Assembly (NCBI GenBank): GCA_963813025.1
Contig: CAWEXO010000011.1
Coordinates: forward strand, 1-64,000
Source: an uncultured Verrucomicrobiae bacterium
GTDB lineage: Bacteria > Verrucomicrobiota > Verrucomicrobiia > Chthoniobacterales > JAFAMB01
Direction of reading: 5' to 3'
Length of the DNA: 64,000 nt
The notes under the pieces are model-generated. The model saw only the letters and a list, made by a program, of their open reading frames with translations. It did not search any database and was not told where the DNA came from. Within the stretch, counting starts at the first letter, position 1. Each line of letters starts with the position of its first letter. Made by a program: the position numbers and the translations under genes. Shown one piece after another: positions 50,613 to 61,037 of this stretch.

Positions 50613-51905
50613 ATGAAAACCCTGCTCTCTCCATCAGCTAAGTCACCATGGATCGCGATTATACTGGTGACACTGTTCACTGGCGCTGGCTTTCCCGCGA
50701 TCACCCGCGGCGAAAACCACGTGGATCTTCAGTTTTGGGACATGATCTGGGGACCGCCTGAGTATATCGACACCGGAAAAGCCCTGGTCGCCCAGTTTAA
50801 CCGGGAACATCCGGAAATCACGGTCACCTACCGGTCGGTACCCTGGTCCAATTGGTATCAAACCTTTCTGACCGCCATCGGTTCGGGGACGGCCCCTGAC
50901 TTGAGTACGGGAGCAGGCTACCAGGCCGTCCAGCTCTACGACCAGGGAGCCATCCTGCCGATCGACGACGTCATCGCCGAGTTAAAAGCCAACGGCAAAC
51001 TGAACGACTTTTTACCCAATACCGTCGAAACCCTGAAGTACGACAATCATTATGTGGCGTTGCCGTGGGCGATTGACATTCGGGTGTGGTATTACCGCAA
51101 AGATCTCTTCGAGCAGGCGAACGTCCAGCCTCCAACGAATTGGCAGGAGTTTAAGTCAGCGGTCCTCGCGCTCACCAAAGCTGCCAGCGACCAGTATGGA
51201 CTGGTCGCTTGCGGGGATACCCTGGGATCACATTATCTCTACACCCTGATCCTGAACAACGGAGGAGGCCTGTTCACGACGAATCGGAAAGTCGATCTCG
51301 GCTCCGAGCGAAACGTGGAGGCCTTGCGATTTCTTGCCGATCTGGTGCAAAGTCACGGAGTCTATCCGGCCAGCGCCGGTTATCACGATGAGGATGCGGT
51401 CAGCGCCTTCAGCCAAGGAAAAGCCGCCATCATTTTGCATGCTCCGGGTCTGGGCAACCGGCTGCCAAAATTAAGCGACAAGATTGGTCAGCTAAACCCG
51501 CTCGTTGGGCCGCACAACGACAAAGGAACTATTTTTTGGGTCAACAATATTATGCTCTACAAACAGAGCAAGCATCCCGCCGAAACCAAGGTCTTTCTCG
51601 AATGGTGGTCTGAGCATGAAAAAGATCTCTGGACCAAGGGGCACGTTACTCAGCTGCCTGTAAGAAAATCATTTGCGGCCGACTCCTACTTCACCAACAA
51701 CGCCGAAACTAAATTGATTCTGGAAAACTATTTGCCGGTTGCCAAAACCACGGCAACCCACGCTAAAGAGATTTTCCCGCAACTCAATGACATCGAAGGC
51801 GAAGGCGTAATGCAGACGCTAACTCAAAATATTCTTCAGGGAAAAGACTTAGATACCTCGATCAAGGCGGCTTCCGCTCGGATGAAATCCATCATGGAAG
51901 AATGA
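50613..51905 (+). CDS. Carbohydrate ABC transporter substrate-binding protein
   Basis: Signal region; FNREHPEI, GTAPD, YYRKDLF, PPTNWQE. Confidence 0.92.
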   Translation: MKTLLSPSAKSPWIAIILVTLFTGAGFPAITRGENHVDLQFWDMIWGPPEYIDTGKALVAQFNREHPEITVTYRSVPWSNWYQTFLTAIGSGTAPDLSTGAGYQAVQLYDQGAILPIDDVIAELKANGKLNDFLPNTVETLKYDNHYVALPWAIDIRVWYYRKDLFEQANVQPPTNWQEFKSAVLALTKAASDQYGLVACGDTLGSHYLYTLILNNGGGLFTTNRKVDLGSERNVEALRFLADLVQSHGVYPASAGYHDEDAVSAFSQGKAAIILHAPGLGNRLPKLSDKIGQLNPLVGPHNDKGTIFWVNNIMLYKQSKHPAETKVFLEWWSEHEKDLWTKGHVTQLPVRKSFAADSYFTNNAETKLILENYLPVAKTTATHAKEIFPQLNDIEGEGVMQTLTQNILQGKDLDTSIKAASARMKSIMEE

Positions 51906-52027
51906 CCAGCTTTGCCACAGTTGCGGGGCCACGCTTCCTGCCGGAAGAGCTAAGCTTCTTAAGGACGCGGTGGTGCCGCAGCCACATTGGTTGAGCCTGT
52001 GTTCACAAGTCTTTTGTATTAGCAGCG

Positions 52028-52951
52028 ATGTCCTCGGTCACAGCTCGGCCACCCAGTTCGCCCGCTTCCGCGAGCTCGGTTCGCCCGCGTCGAGCACCAC
52101 TGGGACCCGCCTTGCCTTATCTTCTGCTGGCTCCTTCACTCGCTCTCATCTTTATCATCGAATTCTATCCGTTCGTCACCGGCATTTCCTACAGCCTTCA
52201 TAAAGGTTCGCTTCTTGGGACACAGGCCTTCGTCGGGCTTCAGAATTATATACGACTCTTCAATTCCCCGGACTTTTATAACTCGCTCTACTTCAGTTTT
52301 CTCTTTGCCCTCTTCAATGTCGGCTTCAGCTATCTGATAGGACTCGGACTGGCTCTGCTCTTGAACCTTCATTTTCCCGGTCGAGGCTTGTGCCGGGTCC
52401 TCCTCCTTATCCCGTGGATCGTACCCGCGGTCGTTTCGATCGTCAGTTGGAAATGGCTGATTGCCGATCGCGGAGGCCTGGTTAATATCATCCTGACTCG
52501 CTTCGGTTTCGGGCCGATTTATTTCTTGAGCGACAGCAATTGGGCGATGGTCGCGGTAATCGCGATTAAGATCTGGCGGAGCTTCCCCTTCATGATGTTA
52601 AGCCTGCTCGCACAAATCCAGGTGATCGATCGCAACCTCTATGAAGCTGCCAAATTAGACGGCGCTAACCCCTGGAAGCTGTTCTGGTATATTACCCTGC
52701 CACACTTAAAGAATATCTCGATTATCCAGGCCATTCTCATGATCATCTGGAGCATTAATGACTTCGAAACGCCGTACCTCTTGACTCAGGGCGGTCCGTC
52801 CAATGCCACGGAAAATCTGATTTTGCTCTCTTACCGCTATACTTTTGGCAGAAACGATGTCGGTCGCGGATCGGCCGTGGCGCTAGTCAGCTTAGTTTTT
52901 TTGATGATTCTGGCCTGTCTGATGTTGCGCCAACAGCGAAAGATTCTCTAG
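52028..52951 (+). CDS. Carbohydrate ABC transporter permease
   Basis: FVGLQNY, LYEAAKLDGA, LLTQGGP. Confidence 0.93.
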   Translation: MSSVTARPPSSPASASSVRPRRAPLGPALPYLLLAPSLALIFIIEFYPFVTGISYSLHKGSLLGTQAFVGLQNYIRLFNSPDFYNSLYFSFLFALFNVGFSYLIGLGLALLLNLHFPGRGLCRVLLLIPWIVPAVVSIVSWKWLIADRGGLVNIILTRFGFGPIYFLSDSNWAMVAVIAIKIWRSFPFMMLSLLAQIQVIDRNLYEAAKLDGANPWKLFWYITLPHLKNISIIQAILMIIWSINDFETPYLLTQGGPSNATENLILLSYRYTFGRNDVGRGSAVALVSLVFLMILACLMLRQQRKIL

Positions 52952-52964
52952 CAACCTTTGGAAT

Positions 52965-53786
52965 ATGAAGGCAAGCCACAAATGGCTTTTGTTATTATTA
53001 ACGTTGCTCATTGTTTTCGTCATTGATTTTCCCATTTTGACAGTCGCGCTTAACTCCTTTCGAACGACGGACAACATTCTTTCCTCCAATAACCTCATTC
53101 CGACCGAACCCACTTTGGCGAATTACATCTACATCAACACCAGAACTCGGTTCTGGACGTTTCTGCTCAACAGTTCAATCGTGGCTTTGGCCAGCACCGG
53201 GCTGGGAATTGTTCTGGCCGCCCTGGCCGGCTTTGCTCTGTCAAGATTTCGCGCCCGGCTTCTTGCCTTTTATGATCAAGGCTTACTGATCGTTCAGATG
53301 TTCCCATTAATCCTGGCGATCATCCCGCTATTCATCTTTTTCCGTCGGTTGGACATGGTTAATAATTTCGTGCCGGTCATTCTGATCTATACCGTTACCC
53401 AGTTGCCGTTTGCCACCTGGATGTTGCGCTCCTACTTCGACAGCGTACCCAAAGAACTGGACGAGGCCGCCAAGATGGACGGCTGCTCAGCGCTGAGGGG
53501 GTTTGTCCAGATCATTCTTCCCCTGGCTGCTCCCGGGATCGCGGCAGTAGCGATTTTTTCGTTCCTGTTTTCCTACAACGAATTCTTTATCTCCAGTGTT
53601 TTTTTACGGGACGAAAGCAGGATGACGATGCCGGTCGGAATTCAGTCGTTCATGCAGCAGTATTCCACGGACTGGGGAAGCTTGATGGCATCGGCCACTC
53701 TGGGCATGATCCCGACCCTGATTCTGTTCCTGTTTATCCAGAAATACATGATCTCCGGCGCTACCGCCGGCGCCGTAAAAGGCTGA
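52965..53786 (+). CDS. Carbohydrate ABC transporter permease
   Basis: VPKELDEAAKMDG, GATAGAVKG. Confidence 0.93.
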   Translation: MKASHKWLLLLLTLLIVFVIDFPILTVALNSFRTTDNILSSNNLIPTEPTLANYIYINTRTRFWTFLLNSSIVALASTGLGIVLAALAGFALSRFRARLLAFYDQGLLIVQMFPLILAIIPLFIFFRRLDMVNNFVPVILIYTVTQLPFATWMLRSYFDSVPKELDEAAKMDGCSALRGFVQIILPLAAPGIAAVAIFSFLFSYNEFFISSVFLRDESRMTMPVGIQSFMQQYSTDWGSLMASATLGMIPTLILFLFIQKYMISGATAGAVKG

Positions 53787-53802
53787 GACCAGGATATCTA
53801 CC

Positions 53803-54936
53803 ATGCCGAGACAAGCCACCCACCCAGAGACGGAACCTATCAACCTATCTTCCGCAAAACAAAGGATTCGGATTGGTATTATCGGGTGTGGGGAAGTAGC
53901 CCAGATCATCCATTGGCCGACACTGGGCCAATTATCTGATCAATACGAGGTTACCGCTCTTTGCGACGTCAGCCCGGTTATCCTTGAGCAGCTTGGCGGT
54001 CTTTGGAACATCGAGAACTTGACCACAGATCATCGAGAGCTGATCTCACGGACAGACGTCGACGCCGTTCTTGTTGCCAACCCGAACGCATTCCATGCCG
54101 AAGCAACCATGGATGCAATTAACGCCGGCAAACACGTACTGGTTGAAAAGCCGATGTGCATCAACCGGCGGGAGGCGGCGGAAGTTATCGACGCACAAAA
54201 AAGGCACAACGTTGTTGTGCAGGTTGGTTACATGCGCCGGTATGCACCGGCTTTTCTGGAAGCGTGCGCGGCTGTCAAAAGGATCGACGAAATCAAGTTT
54301 GCTCGGGTCCGCGATTTTTTGGGAAGGAACTCGCTAATCATCAATCCAACGTCGCGCGTGGTTCGGGATAAACACTTGCCGAAAGCGGTGAAAGATGAGG
54401 CAAAACGGCGTGAAAAAGATTTGGTGGAGGAAGCGCTCGGCGCGAAATCCACTGGAATACTGATCAAGGCCTATAACCTGATGCTTGGTCTTAGCAGTCA
54501 CGATATTTCCGCCATGCGTGAGTTATTGGGTATGCCGAAGAGCGTACTGTTTGCGGCCTGTCGGGGCAGCGGCCCTTATCTGACGGCCGAATTCGATTAC
54601 GGCAATTACGTCTGTCATTTTGAAACCGGCATCGACCAAATCCCGCGGTTTGACGCACACCTGGAGATCTACGGAGACCGCCAGGTGGTCCGGGTGCAAT
54701 ACGATACGCCTTATATCCGCAATCTTCCGATCCGTTTGTTTGTCACGGAGGAAAACGGACGGGGTGGAGTCTTGCACAAAAACTCTCACCCCTCATGGGG
54801 CGATCCTTTTGTCGAGCAGTGGAGGGCTTTCTATCGAAATGTCACGATGAGGACAGCGCCCAAAAGCAGCCCGCGCGATTTCGCTCATGACCTCGAACTG
54901 TTTGCGGAGATGATTCGCCTGATGCGTGAGTACTGA
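53803..54936 (+). CDS. Gfo/Idh/MocA-family oxidoreductase
   Basis: GIIGCG, GKHVLVEKP, VGYMRRY. Confidence 0.92.
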   Translation: MPRQATHPETEPINLSSAKQRIRIGIIGCGEVAQIIHWPTLGQLSDQYEVTALCDVSPVILEQLGGLWNIENLTTDHRELISRTDVDAVLVANPNAFHAEATMDAINAGKHVLVEKPMCINRREAAEVIDAQKRHNVVVQVGYMRRYAPAFLEACAAVKRIDEIKFARVRDFLGRNSLIINPTSRVVRDKHLPKAVKDEAKRREKDLVEEALGAKSTGILIKAYNLMLGLSSHDISAMRELLGMPKSVLFAACRGSGPYLTAEFDYGNYVCHFETGIDQIPRFDAHLEIYGDRQVVRVQYDTPYIRNLPIRLFVTEENGRGGVLHKNSHPSWGDPFVEQWRAFYRNVTMRTAPKSSPRDFAHDLELFAEMIRLMREY

Positions 54937-54986
54937 CTAGCAAAGTGCGTGAAATCACTTTGCTGGCTAACCTCGAATTGTCGTTT

Positions 54987-56015
54987 ATGTCTCGCCGCGC
55001 CAAACTCACCATGGACGATGTCGCCCGGGCTGCCCGCGTGTCCAAACAGACAGTTTCGGCTGTAATCAATAACAAGTCCGGGATCTCTGAGGAGACGCGC
55101 GCGCGGATCCGGCGGATCGTCGCAAAACTTGATTACCACCCCAATCTACTGGCCGGTAGCTTGCGGGCGCAACATAGCTTGACGGTTGGAGTGGTTATTC
55201 CCAGTATTACCAACCCGTTCTATCCGGAGTTGGTTCGCGGCGTCGAAGACGAGGCTCAGCGGCAAGGTTATTCGCTATTTTTGTGCAATTCTGACGAAAA
55301 TCCAGAGAAGGAGGTCAGCTACCTTCACCTCCTGCGTCGTCACCGGATTGCGGGCCTGATTGCGGTAACGGTAAAGGTCCATCCAGCCTGGACAGAAGCG
55401 CTGACAAACGTGGCCGCCCAAGGAATTCCGGTGGTTGTCATGCTCGGCGGTTATCGGCCTAATGACAAATTAGTTCAGATAAACGTCGATGACGAAGCCG
55501 GTTTCGTGAAAGCTACATCGCATTTGATCGATCTCGGTCATCGTCGGATCGCGATGATCCTCCCGCCTGAGCCACCCAACGAGAGTCCGAGAGTGTCGGG
55601 CTTTTTGAAGGCGCACGCGCAGTACGCCAGAGCGGTCGCACCCGAATTGCTGGCTCCTGGCGGATATCACGTCGCGGACGGCCAGCGCGCGGCGGCGTAC
55701 CTCATGCAATTGGATCCACCGCCGACGGCTATTGTTTCCGCAAATGACCTGGCCGCCATCGGAGCAATTCTCAAAATCAAAGCGCTCCATCGTCGCGTGC
55801 CGGAAGATGTCGCGGTGGTTGGGTACGACAATATCCAGATTTCTGAGTGGTACGATCCAACGCTTACAACGGTGGATCAGCCACATTATCAAATGGGTCA
55901 AAGAGCGATGCAGGAATTGCTGAAGCGCCTCGGAAACCCAAGAGCGCCGGCTCCGGTCGTGCGCTTCGAAACTTCGTTAATCATCCGCCGCTCATCGGGC
56001 GATCGGAGAGTATAG
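54987..56015 (+). CDS. LacI-family transcriptional regulator
   Basis: TMDDVARAARVSKQTVSAVIN HTH; HLIDLGHRRI; VPEDVAVVGYD; LTTVDQP. Confidence 0.95.
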   Translation: MSRRAKLTMDDVARAARVSKQTVSAVINNKSGISEETRARIRRIVAKLDYHPNLLAGSLRAQHSLTVGVVIPSITNPFYPELVRGVEDEAQRQGYSLFLCNSDENPEKEVSYLHLLRRHRIAGLIAVTVKVHPAWTEALTNVAAQGIPVVVMLGGYRPNDKLVQINVDDEAGFVKATSHLIDLGHRRIAMILPPEPPNESPRVSGFLKAHAQYARAVAPELLAPGGYHVADGQRAAAYLMQLDPPPTAIVSANDLAAIGAILKIKALHRRVPEDVAVVGYDNIQISEWYDPTLTTVDQPHYQMGQRAMQELLKRLGNPRAPAPVVRFETSLIIRRSSGDRRV

Positions 56016-56131
56016 CGAGGAGGCTCAGCAGCGCGAAAGAAAAGCATTTCTCGCGCAGTGGCTTTGATTTGACCTTGTGGCGGCAGGGCGAAAAATTTGG
56101 AGAATGTCTCGTAACATCCGCTGACCCACGA

Positions 56132-56260
56132 CCGGTAGGGCGAAAATTCACTCGAGCGCCAGCGAGAACTTGTTTGAGCCGTCTTGGAGGGGTGGCACAC
56201 CCCTTATGTCCGGCTCAAACGAGTCCTCGCTAAGGCTCGGATAAATTTTCGCCCTACCGG
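56132..56260. repeat. REPIN-like long hairpin (GTAGGGCG family), copy 2
   Basis: ccggtagggcgaaaatt...aattttcgccctaccgg; homologous to 30319-30444; lies between convergent genes. Confidence 0.85.
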
Positions 56261-56353
56261 ACACCGAGCCGTGAGACATTGCGGGAGGGTCTCTTTATAT
56301 ATACTCGCTCGGTTCCAGAACCGCCCAGAGTGCCGGCGTCACGACGGAAAGTG

Positions 56354-56641
56354 TCAGGGCTCCTGCTTCTGTTCTCTGACCTGGAGCTTCCCGACTTGCA
56401 GGGTTTCCACCTCCAAGTCGTCCACCTTCAAGTGCTTGAGATGAATTTCCTGCACGAGAATTTTCCGGACGATCAGCCGCCCAATTACCACAAAGCCAAC
56501 GGCCAGGGTTCCAATCGCCAAGGCGCCCACGGCCGCCGCCCCGGTCGCGCCGGCCGCGAGCGCCTGAGCAAACGTGGCGCGTGCAACCAGCGCTGCGCCG
56601 CGCCGACCGCAACGTTCGGGAGAAGTTTGCAAACGGTTCAT
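56354..56641 (-). CDS. Small hypothetical membrane protein
   Basis: Glycine-zipper-like GA-repeat helix then alternating pattern LKVDDLEVETLQV. Confidence 0.65.
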   Translation of the reverse strand: MNRLQTSPERCGRRGAALVARATFAQALAAGATGAAAVGALAIGTLAVGFVVIGRLIVRKILVQEIHLKHLKVDDLEVETLQVGKLQVREQKQEP

Positions 56642-56686
56642 GGGTTCGACGTTCGACGTTCAATCTGTGGCATTCAAGGTTCAACG

Positions 56687-58324
56687 TTAAACCGAGTCTC
56701 CGCATTGCTTCCTTGCCGCTGCGACGCTCTGGTCCTCCCCAATGAATCGTTCGACTGGGTCGGATTCCTCGTCTGTCCTTCCAAATAGAAATACGCAACC
56801 CGCACTCAGAACCGCGATCAAGAGGGGCAGGGTGTAACGCGGGTGCCTATAAGCGAACACGCAACTCGCCAGATCAGCGAGAGCCCCGACCGCGATGAAA
56901 CTGAGTGCGACCAGGAATAGATCGGGATTCAACCGACGGCGACGAAGCCGCCAAATGCCGGCAAAGAAAAATAGCAAACACCACAATGCGATTGGCACAT
57001 CTTGCCAGTGGTTGATCAGCAGATCGGAATCTGCTCTCTTCAGCATCGCTTGCGCCGTGCTCAGCTGAAAAATCGGGAGTGGAGGAAGCTGACGCCAATC
57101 CGCCGGCGTCTGGTGGATATCACGGGCGAAAATCCAAGTCGCAAATGGGCCGGACCGGGCAACCCGAAAGTCGCTGGTTGGCGCCCAACTTTGCGCAAAT
57201 TCCTTGGCGATGATGCCAAGCAGCTTTGGCGGCGCCGCCCGGTAAAGGCAGAAGGCTGCTCGCACAATAATGCGATCCTTCTCCGCTTCCAGCTCCTCGC
57301 CGCTCCAACCCTGCGCCAGCAAGGCGTGTGCGATGGCTTGATCACCCCCGCGGTTATACGATCCGAATTTGAACTGCGCTTCAATCGCGAGCCGGACGTT
57401 GGCCTCATTTGTCAGAGCCAGAGCTCTTTCGCGAAATCGAGCATTCCCCTCCGGAGACAGCTCAGCGATAACGCGATTAAACCGGTCGCTGAAAGTTGCT
57501 CCGTCGGTCGGGCGCTCGATGACGGAGAAGTGTTTGCTCAAGAGGAAAACGATCGCGCGCTCACAGCCGGCAACGCTCAGGCCAATCGTCATTCCCAGCG
57601 CGGCAGCGCGCAACCATCGACGCCGGACAAGGTCACTACCGGCACGGACCCAGTGTTCAAACAACCACAAACTTGCGCCGACGGCGGGTAGCCAAAGCAG
57701 CAGGAGTGCATTCACCTTGCGCGATCCGATCGCGAGCAATAATGCAGCCGCATAGACTATCCAGTCGTTCCAGCGAGCCCTCTGAAACAAAGTGCGAAGC
57801 CCCACCGAAAAAACCGCGATCCACGTCAGGGCGGTCCATGCTTCCGATCCGGCCGTGTGCGCGAAAGCGTATAGACTTGCAAAAGAACTGAGTAAAATGG
57901 CCGCCAAACCACGCTGGTGGTTGGAACACCCAAGCGAGAAAAGGAGATAGCGGAGCGAAGCCCAAAGTCCCAAGTGCTGCAGGATAATCAAACTCCGTAG
58001 CGCGAAAAGCGATGGCTCTTGCTTCCCCCAAATCGAGGACAGGGTCCCGTGTTCCAGTGTGCCGGAAATCCAGAATGGAACCCGAGAGAGAAAACCGTAG
58101 AGCGGCGGGAAATGCAAAATGTTCGTCGCGCCGGCCGGCTCAAGCAGTTGCGCAAAGGCGTCGACATCTTTCCAAAACGGATAGTATCGGGCCAACAACC
58201 AGAACGAGGGCAGAGCCAGAACCCCGAGCGGATGTTCTCCTATCCACGTGATAATGGGATCCACCGTCTTACGTACCGCGGAAAAGGTCGTGAACAGGGC
58301 ACGACGCCGTCGATCATTGCTCAT
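56687..58324 (-). CDS. Hypothetical polytopic membrane protein (possible GT-C-like fold)
   Basis: Long ORF with many TM segments and a large loop; HFPPLY and PRYTLP motifs; start 58324 or 58345. Confidence 0.7.
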   Translation of the reverse strand: MSNDRRRRALFTTFSAVRKTVDPIITWIGEHPLGVLALPSFWLLARYYPFWKDVDAFAQLLEPAGATNILHFPPLYGFLSRVPFWISGTLEHGTLSSIWGKQEPSLFALRSLIILQHLGLWASLRYLLFSLGCSNHQRGLAAILLSSFASLYAFAHTAGSEAWTALTWIAVFSVGLRTLFQRARWNDWIVYAAALLLAIGSRKVNALLLLWLPAVGASLWLFEHWVRAGSDLVRRRWLRAAALGMTIGLSVAGCERAIVFLLSKHFSVIERPTDGATFSDRFNRVIAELSPEGNARFRERALALTNEANVRLAIEAQFKFGSYNRGGDQAIAHALLAQGWSGEELEAEKDRIIVRAAFCLYRAAPPKLLGIIAKEFAQSWAPTSDFRVARSGPFATWIFARDIHQTPADWRQLPPLPIFQLSTAQAMLKRADSDLLINHWQDVPIALWCLLFFFAGIWRLRRRRLNPDLFLVALSFIAVGALADLASCVFAYRHPRYTLPLLIAVLSAGCVFLFGRTDEESDPVERFIGEDQSVAAARKQCGDSV

Positions 58325-58357
58325 CGGTCGTCGGTCATCGGCCATCGGTAATCGATG

Positions 58358-60151
58358 TCAAACGGACTCACTAAACCGGTGATACAGGAACGATAGTCCG
58401 ACCAGCACCGCGCCCAAGGCCAGACAGGACAGAACCCGGCAAGGCGTTGACACCTCGGCGGTGTCGAAAGCAAGGACCTTGGCCACAGTAAGCAATAGAA
58501 GGCCGATCCCGGTTACTCGATAAACCCGGCGTTTTCGCCGTAAGCCGTAGCCCAGGAGACCAGCACCAAAAAAGCTCCAGAGAACGGAATACGCCGTTAG
58601 CCATGCGCGCGAAAAAAATTCGACATTGGACCGGGCCGCTTCACCATTCAGAAAACCGAATAGTGTTATCACTCCCAGAAGCTCGAACCAGCCGGCGTAG
58701 CGCCCCGACTGACCCGACGATCGCTCCGAAACGGCGATAAAAATTAAAGAGCCAATCACCACCGCCGCTGTCAGCCAGCGCAAGACCAGGTCAGTCGTGA
58801 ACGGATGATGACCGGCAAAACCGATGGGCCAATCAGCAACTCCCAGCGTATCTGACAGAACAAAACGGAGCGCGACGATCAGCGCTAAAACCGCTGTGCA
58901 ACCTCGCAGGAACCGGTCCTGTGTCCGGACGGCGACCAAAAACAAAACGACCATCTGAGCCGCCCAGAAAGCCGTGATCCACTCGGAGTGCAGAATGGTC
59001 GCGGCCGTAATCAACAGGAAAACCGCACCCTTCCCGATGAGCCAGCTCGCCCGCAGACCGGGCCGTGCCTGACGCCAGGCGCCTACCGCAAGGGAAAAGC
59101 AGAGCAAAGCATACACCAAGGTCACCAGCGAGGTCGGTAACCTCTCAAAGTGAAGCAAATGTCCGGAGTTCTCCGCGCAGAACAACCCGTTGACTACACC
59201 AACAACGAAACACCAAGGGCGCGAATCAAGCTCCGTTTGGAGAAACGGAACAATTGATAGAGAAAGGAAAAGGAACTGGTTAAAGCTGAAACAAAGGAGC
59301 CAGTGGTCCTCCTGACGATGAGAGAACATCCAGGTGCCATAAGCGATCCAGGTCAACGAAAACCGGAAAAAATCGATCCATGGCCAACGCTTCATGAAGG
59401 TCAGCAGCTGTCCGCCAATGTTAAGAACGATCAGGTAGGAAAAGAAAAGGACCTGTTCAACCGGCGAGATATGAAAAAGGATGGTGGCAAGAAATCCGCC
59501 CGCCAGGCTGAGCGCGCCCAAAGCTTGGGAATTCCAGTTCAAGGCCAGCGTGATGCCTAAAGCGGTTCCGGCTAGCATCAACGTCAAAGCCAACCAGGCG
59601 GGCAGCAGATCGTAGATCTGCGAAGCTGCGTACGCGGACAGATAAATCAATCCAAACCCGAGCGCTGCGATGCCAACATCCAGACCACGCAAGTTACGAC
59701 GCCGCAAAACCTCTCCAGAGGCGAGACAGAAGGCGCCAGCCACAAAGCCCGCGGTCACCTGCGTTGTTGGCCCCAACAGCTGAGTATCAAAGGCGTATTT
59801 CAGAAAAAACCCGGCACCGAGCAGCAAGATGAGAACGCCCAGACCGAGAAACCATTTCTGACCGACCGCCAGCTCAGTCGCTCCGGAATCCTTGATTGAA
59901 GGTGGCTGTCTCTTTTCAGAGGACTGGGCGCGCTGGCGATCTTCCGCCGCAGCAGTCGCCGGCGGCGGCTCCGCTTTACCACCAGTCCGGCTCGGACCGC
60001 CGCTCAGAACACTTACAGCGGGTGGAAAGGACTTTTTGAGGGTTTCAAATTCTTCCCGTAGTCGCTGCAGATCTTGCCGCAACCCCAAGTCTAGCCCGCA
60101 ACCGGGACAAAAATCCGCATTAGTCTGGATATGGCAGCGGGGACACTCCAT
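58358..60151 (-). CDS. DUF2339-like predicted membrane protein
   Basis: N-terminal CxxC..CxxC; ELAVGQKW..LGV..L..G.GFFLKYA; C-terminal KVLAFD...R. Confidence 0.85.
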   Translation of the reverse strand: MECPRCHIQTNADFCPGCGLDLGLRQDLQRLREEFETLKKSFPPAVSVLSGGPSRTGGKAEPPPATAAAEDRQRAQSSEKRQPPSIKDSGATELAVGQKWFLGLGVLILLLGAGFFLKYAFDTQLLGPTTQVTAGFVAGAFCLASGEVLRRRNLRGLDVGIAALGFGLIYLSAYAASQIYDLLPAWLALTLMLAGTALGITLALNWNSQALGALSLAGGFLATILFHISPVEQVLFFSYLIVLNIGGQLLTFMKRWPWIDFFRFSLTWIAYGTWMFSHRQEDHWLLCFSFNQFLFLSLSIVPFLQTELDSRPWCFVVGVVNGLFCAENSGHLLHFERLPTSLVTLVYALLCFSLAVGAWRQARPGLRASWLIGKGAVFLLITAATILHSEWITAFWAAQMVVLFLVAVRTQDRFLRGCTAVLALIVALRFVLSDTLGVADWPIGFAGHHPFTTDLVLRWLTAAVVIGSLIFIAVSERSSGQSGRYAGWFELLGVITLFGFLNGEAARSNVEFFSRAWLTAYSVLWSFFGAGLLGYGLRRKRRVYRVTGIGLLLLTVAKVLAFDTAEVSTPCRVLSCLALGAVLVGLSFLYHRFSESV

Positions 60152-60388
60152 CGCTGGTTTTCTAGTTAGCTGCCGCGTCCGGCCAGCGCCATATCTTTTT
60201 GCGTCCCGAGTCCCGGGTCATGGAGTCCCGAGTCCCGGGTTTGCGAGTTCCGAGTCTTTGAACATCCTCTCGTTCCGGCCAGCGTCACTCAGGAACCAGG
60301 AACGCGCGCACGTCCGTACACGCGTGAGCACGCCCAACGCGTTGTGCGATCCCCTCGATCCCGTGACCCAGCAAGGTGTGTGCGTTGC

Positions 60389-60911
60389 GTAGCGCCGACG
60401 GCCACGTCGGTACTCTGGTGAACACGCCCAAGACGTCGCGCGATCCTCTCGATCCGGTGACGCTCAAGGCCGCGCTATGCAGAAGTCCAGAGCGTGCATT
60501 CATCTGGACTAAAGACCGGCCTTGCCTGGATTCCTTCGAAGATGATCGCGAAACCTTTCCAGCCGGACAGCATCACGAACGATGTGATCAAAGTCTTCCC
60601 GCATCCACAGAGTTCCCGAACCTCGCGGAGTGTGTTGATACGCCAGCAAAAGCAAGACTTTCACCTTTGCACCAATTTCTCTAATGGTTGCCATGGAATG
60701 ACCAGAACATGGACGTGATTCGGCGTCATTACGAAGTATCCAAGAGTTTCTGACTTCTTTTTTGCAAGATTGTCCAGTGGATCCCGCAATGTACCGACGA
60801 CGTCGCCGGCGTTACATATCACACCCACAGTCTCGTGCTCGTTGAGATCGACAGATTGCACAATGTGCTGGGCATCTCCCCCGGTCTACCGACGAGTGCC
60901 GTCGGCGCTAC
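60389..60911. mobile_element. Inverted REP pair enclosing a dead RAYT
   Basis: gtagcgccgacggccacgtcggta (60389-60412) and taccgacgagtgccgtcggcgctac (60887-60911). Confidence 0.8.
60509..60745 (-). pseudogene. REP-associated tyrosine transposase (RAYT, Y1 HUH) remnant
   Basis: YFVMTPNHVHVL (HUH)...LVQR*KS...RIN/GSGTLWMREDFDHIVRD...DHLRRNPGKAGL; premature stop, frameshift, His at the expected catalytic Tyr. Confidence 0.85.
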
Positions 60912-61037
60912 GTAAGACGCACGGGCATGCGTTAGCTTTTGCTCACACTGACCGACCATGGCCCGGAGACTCATCTCTAGCGGCGCCCGGCCAAACCACG
61001 TTGGGAACGCGGGATTCGGGACGCAGCTCGGGACTCG

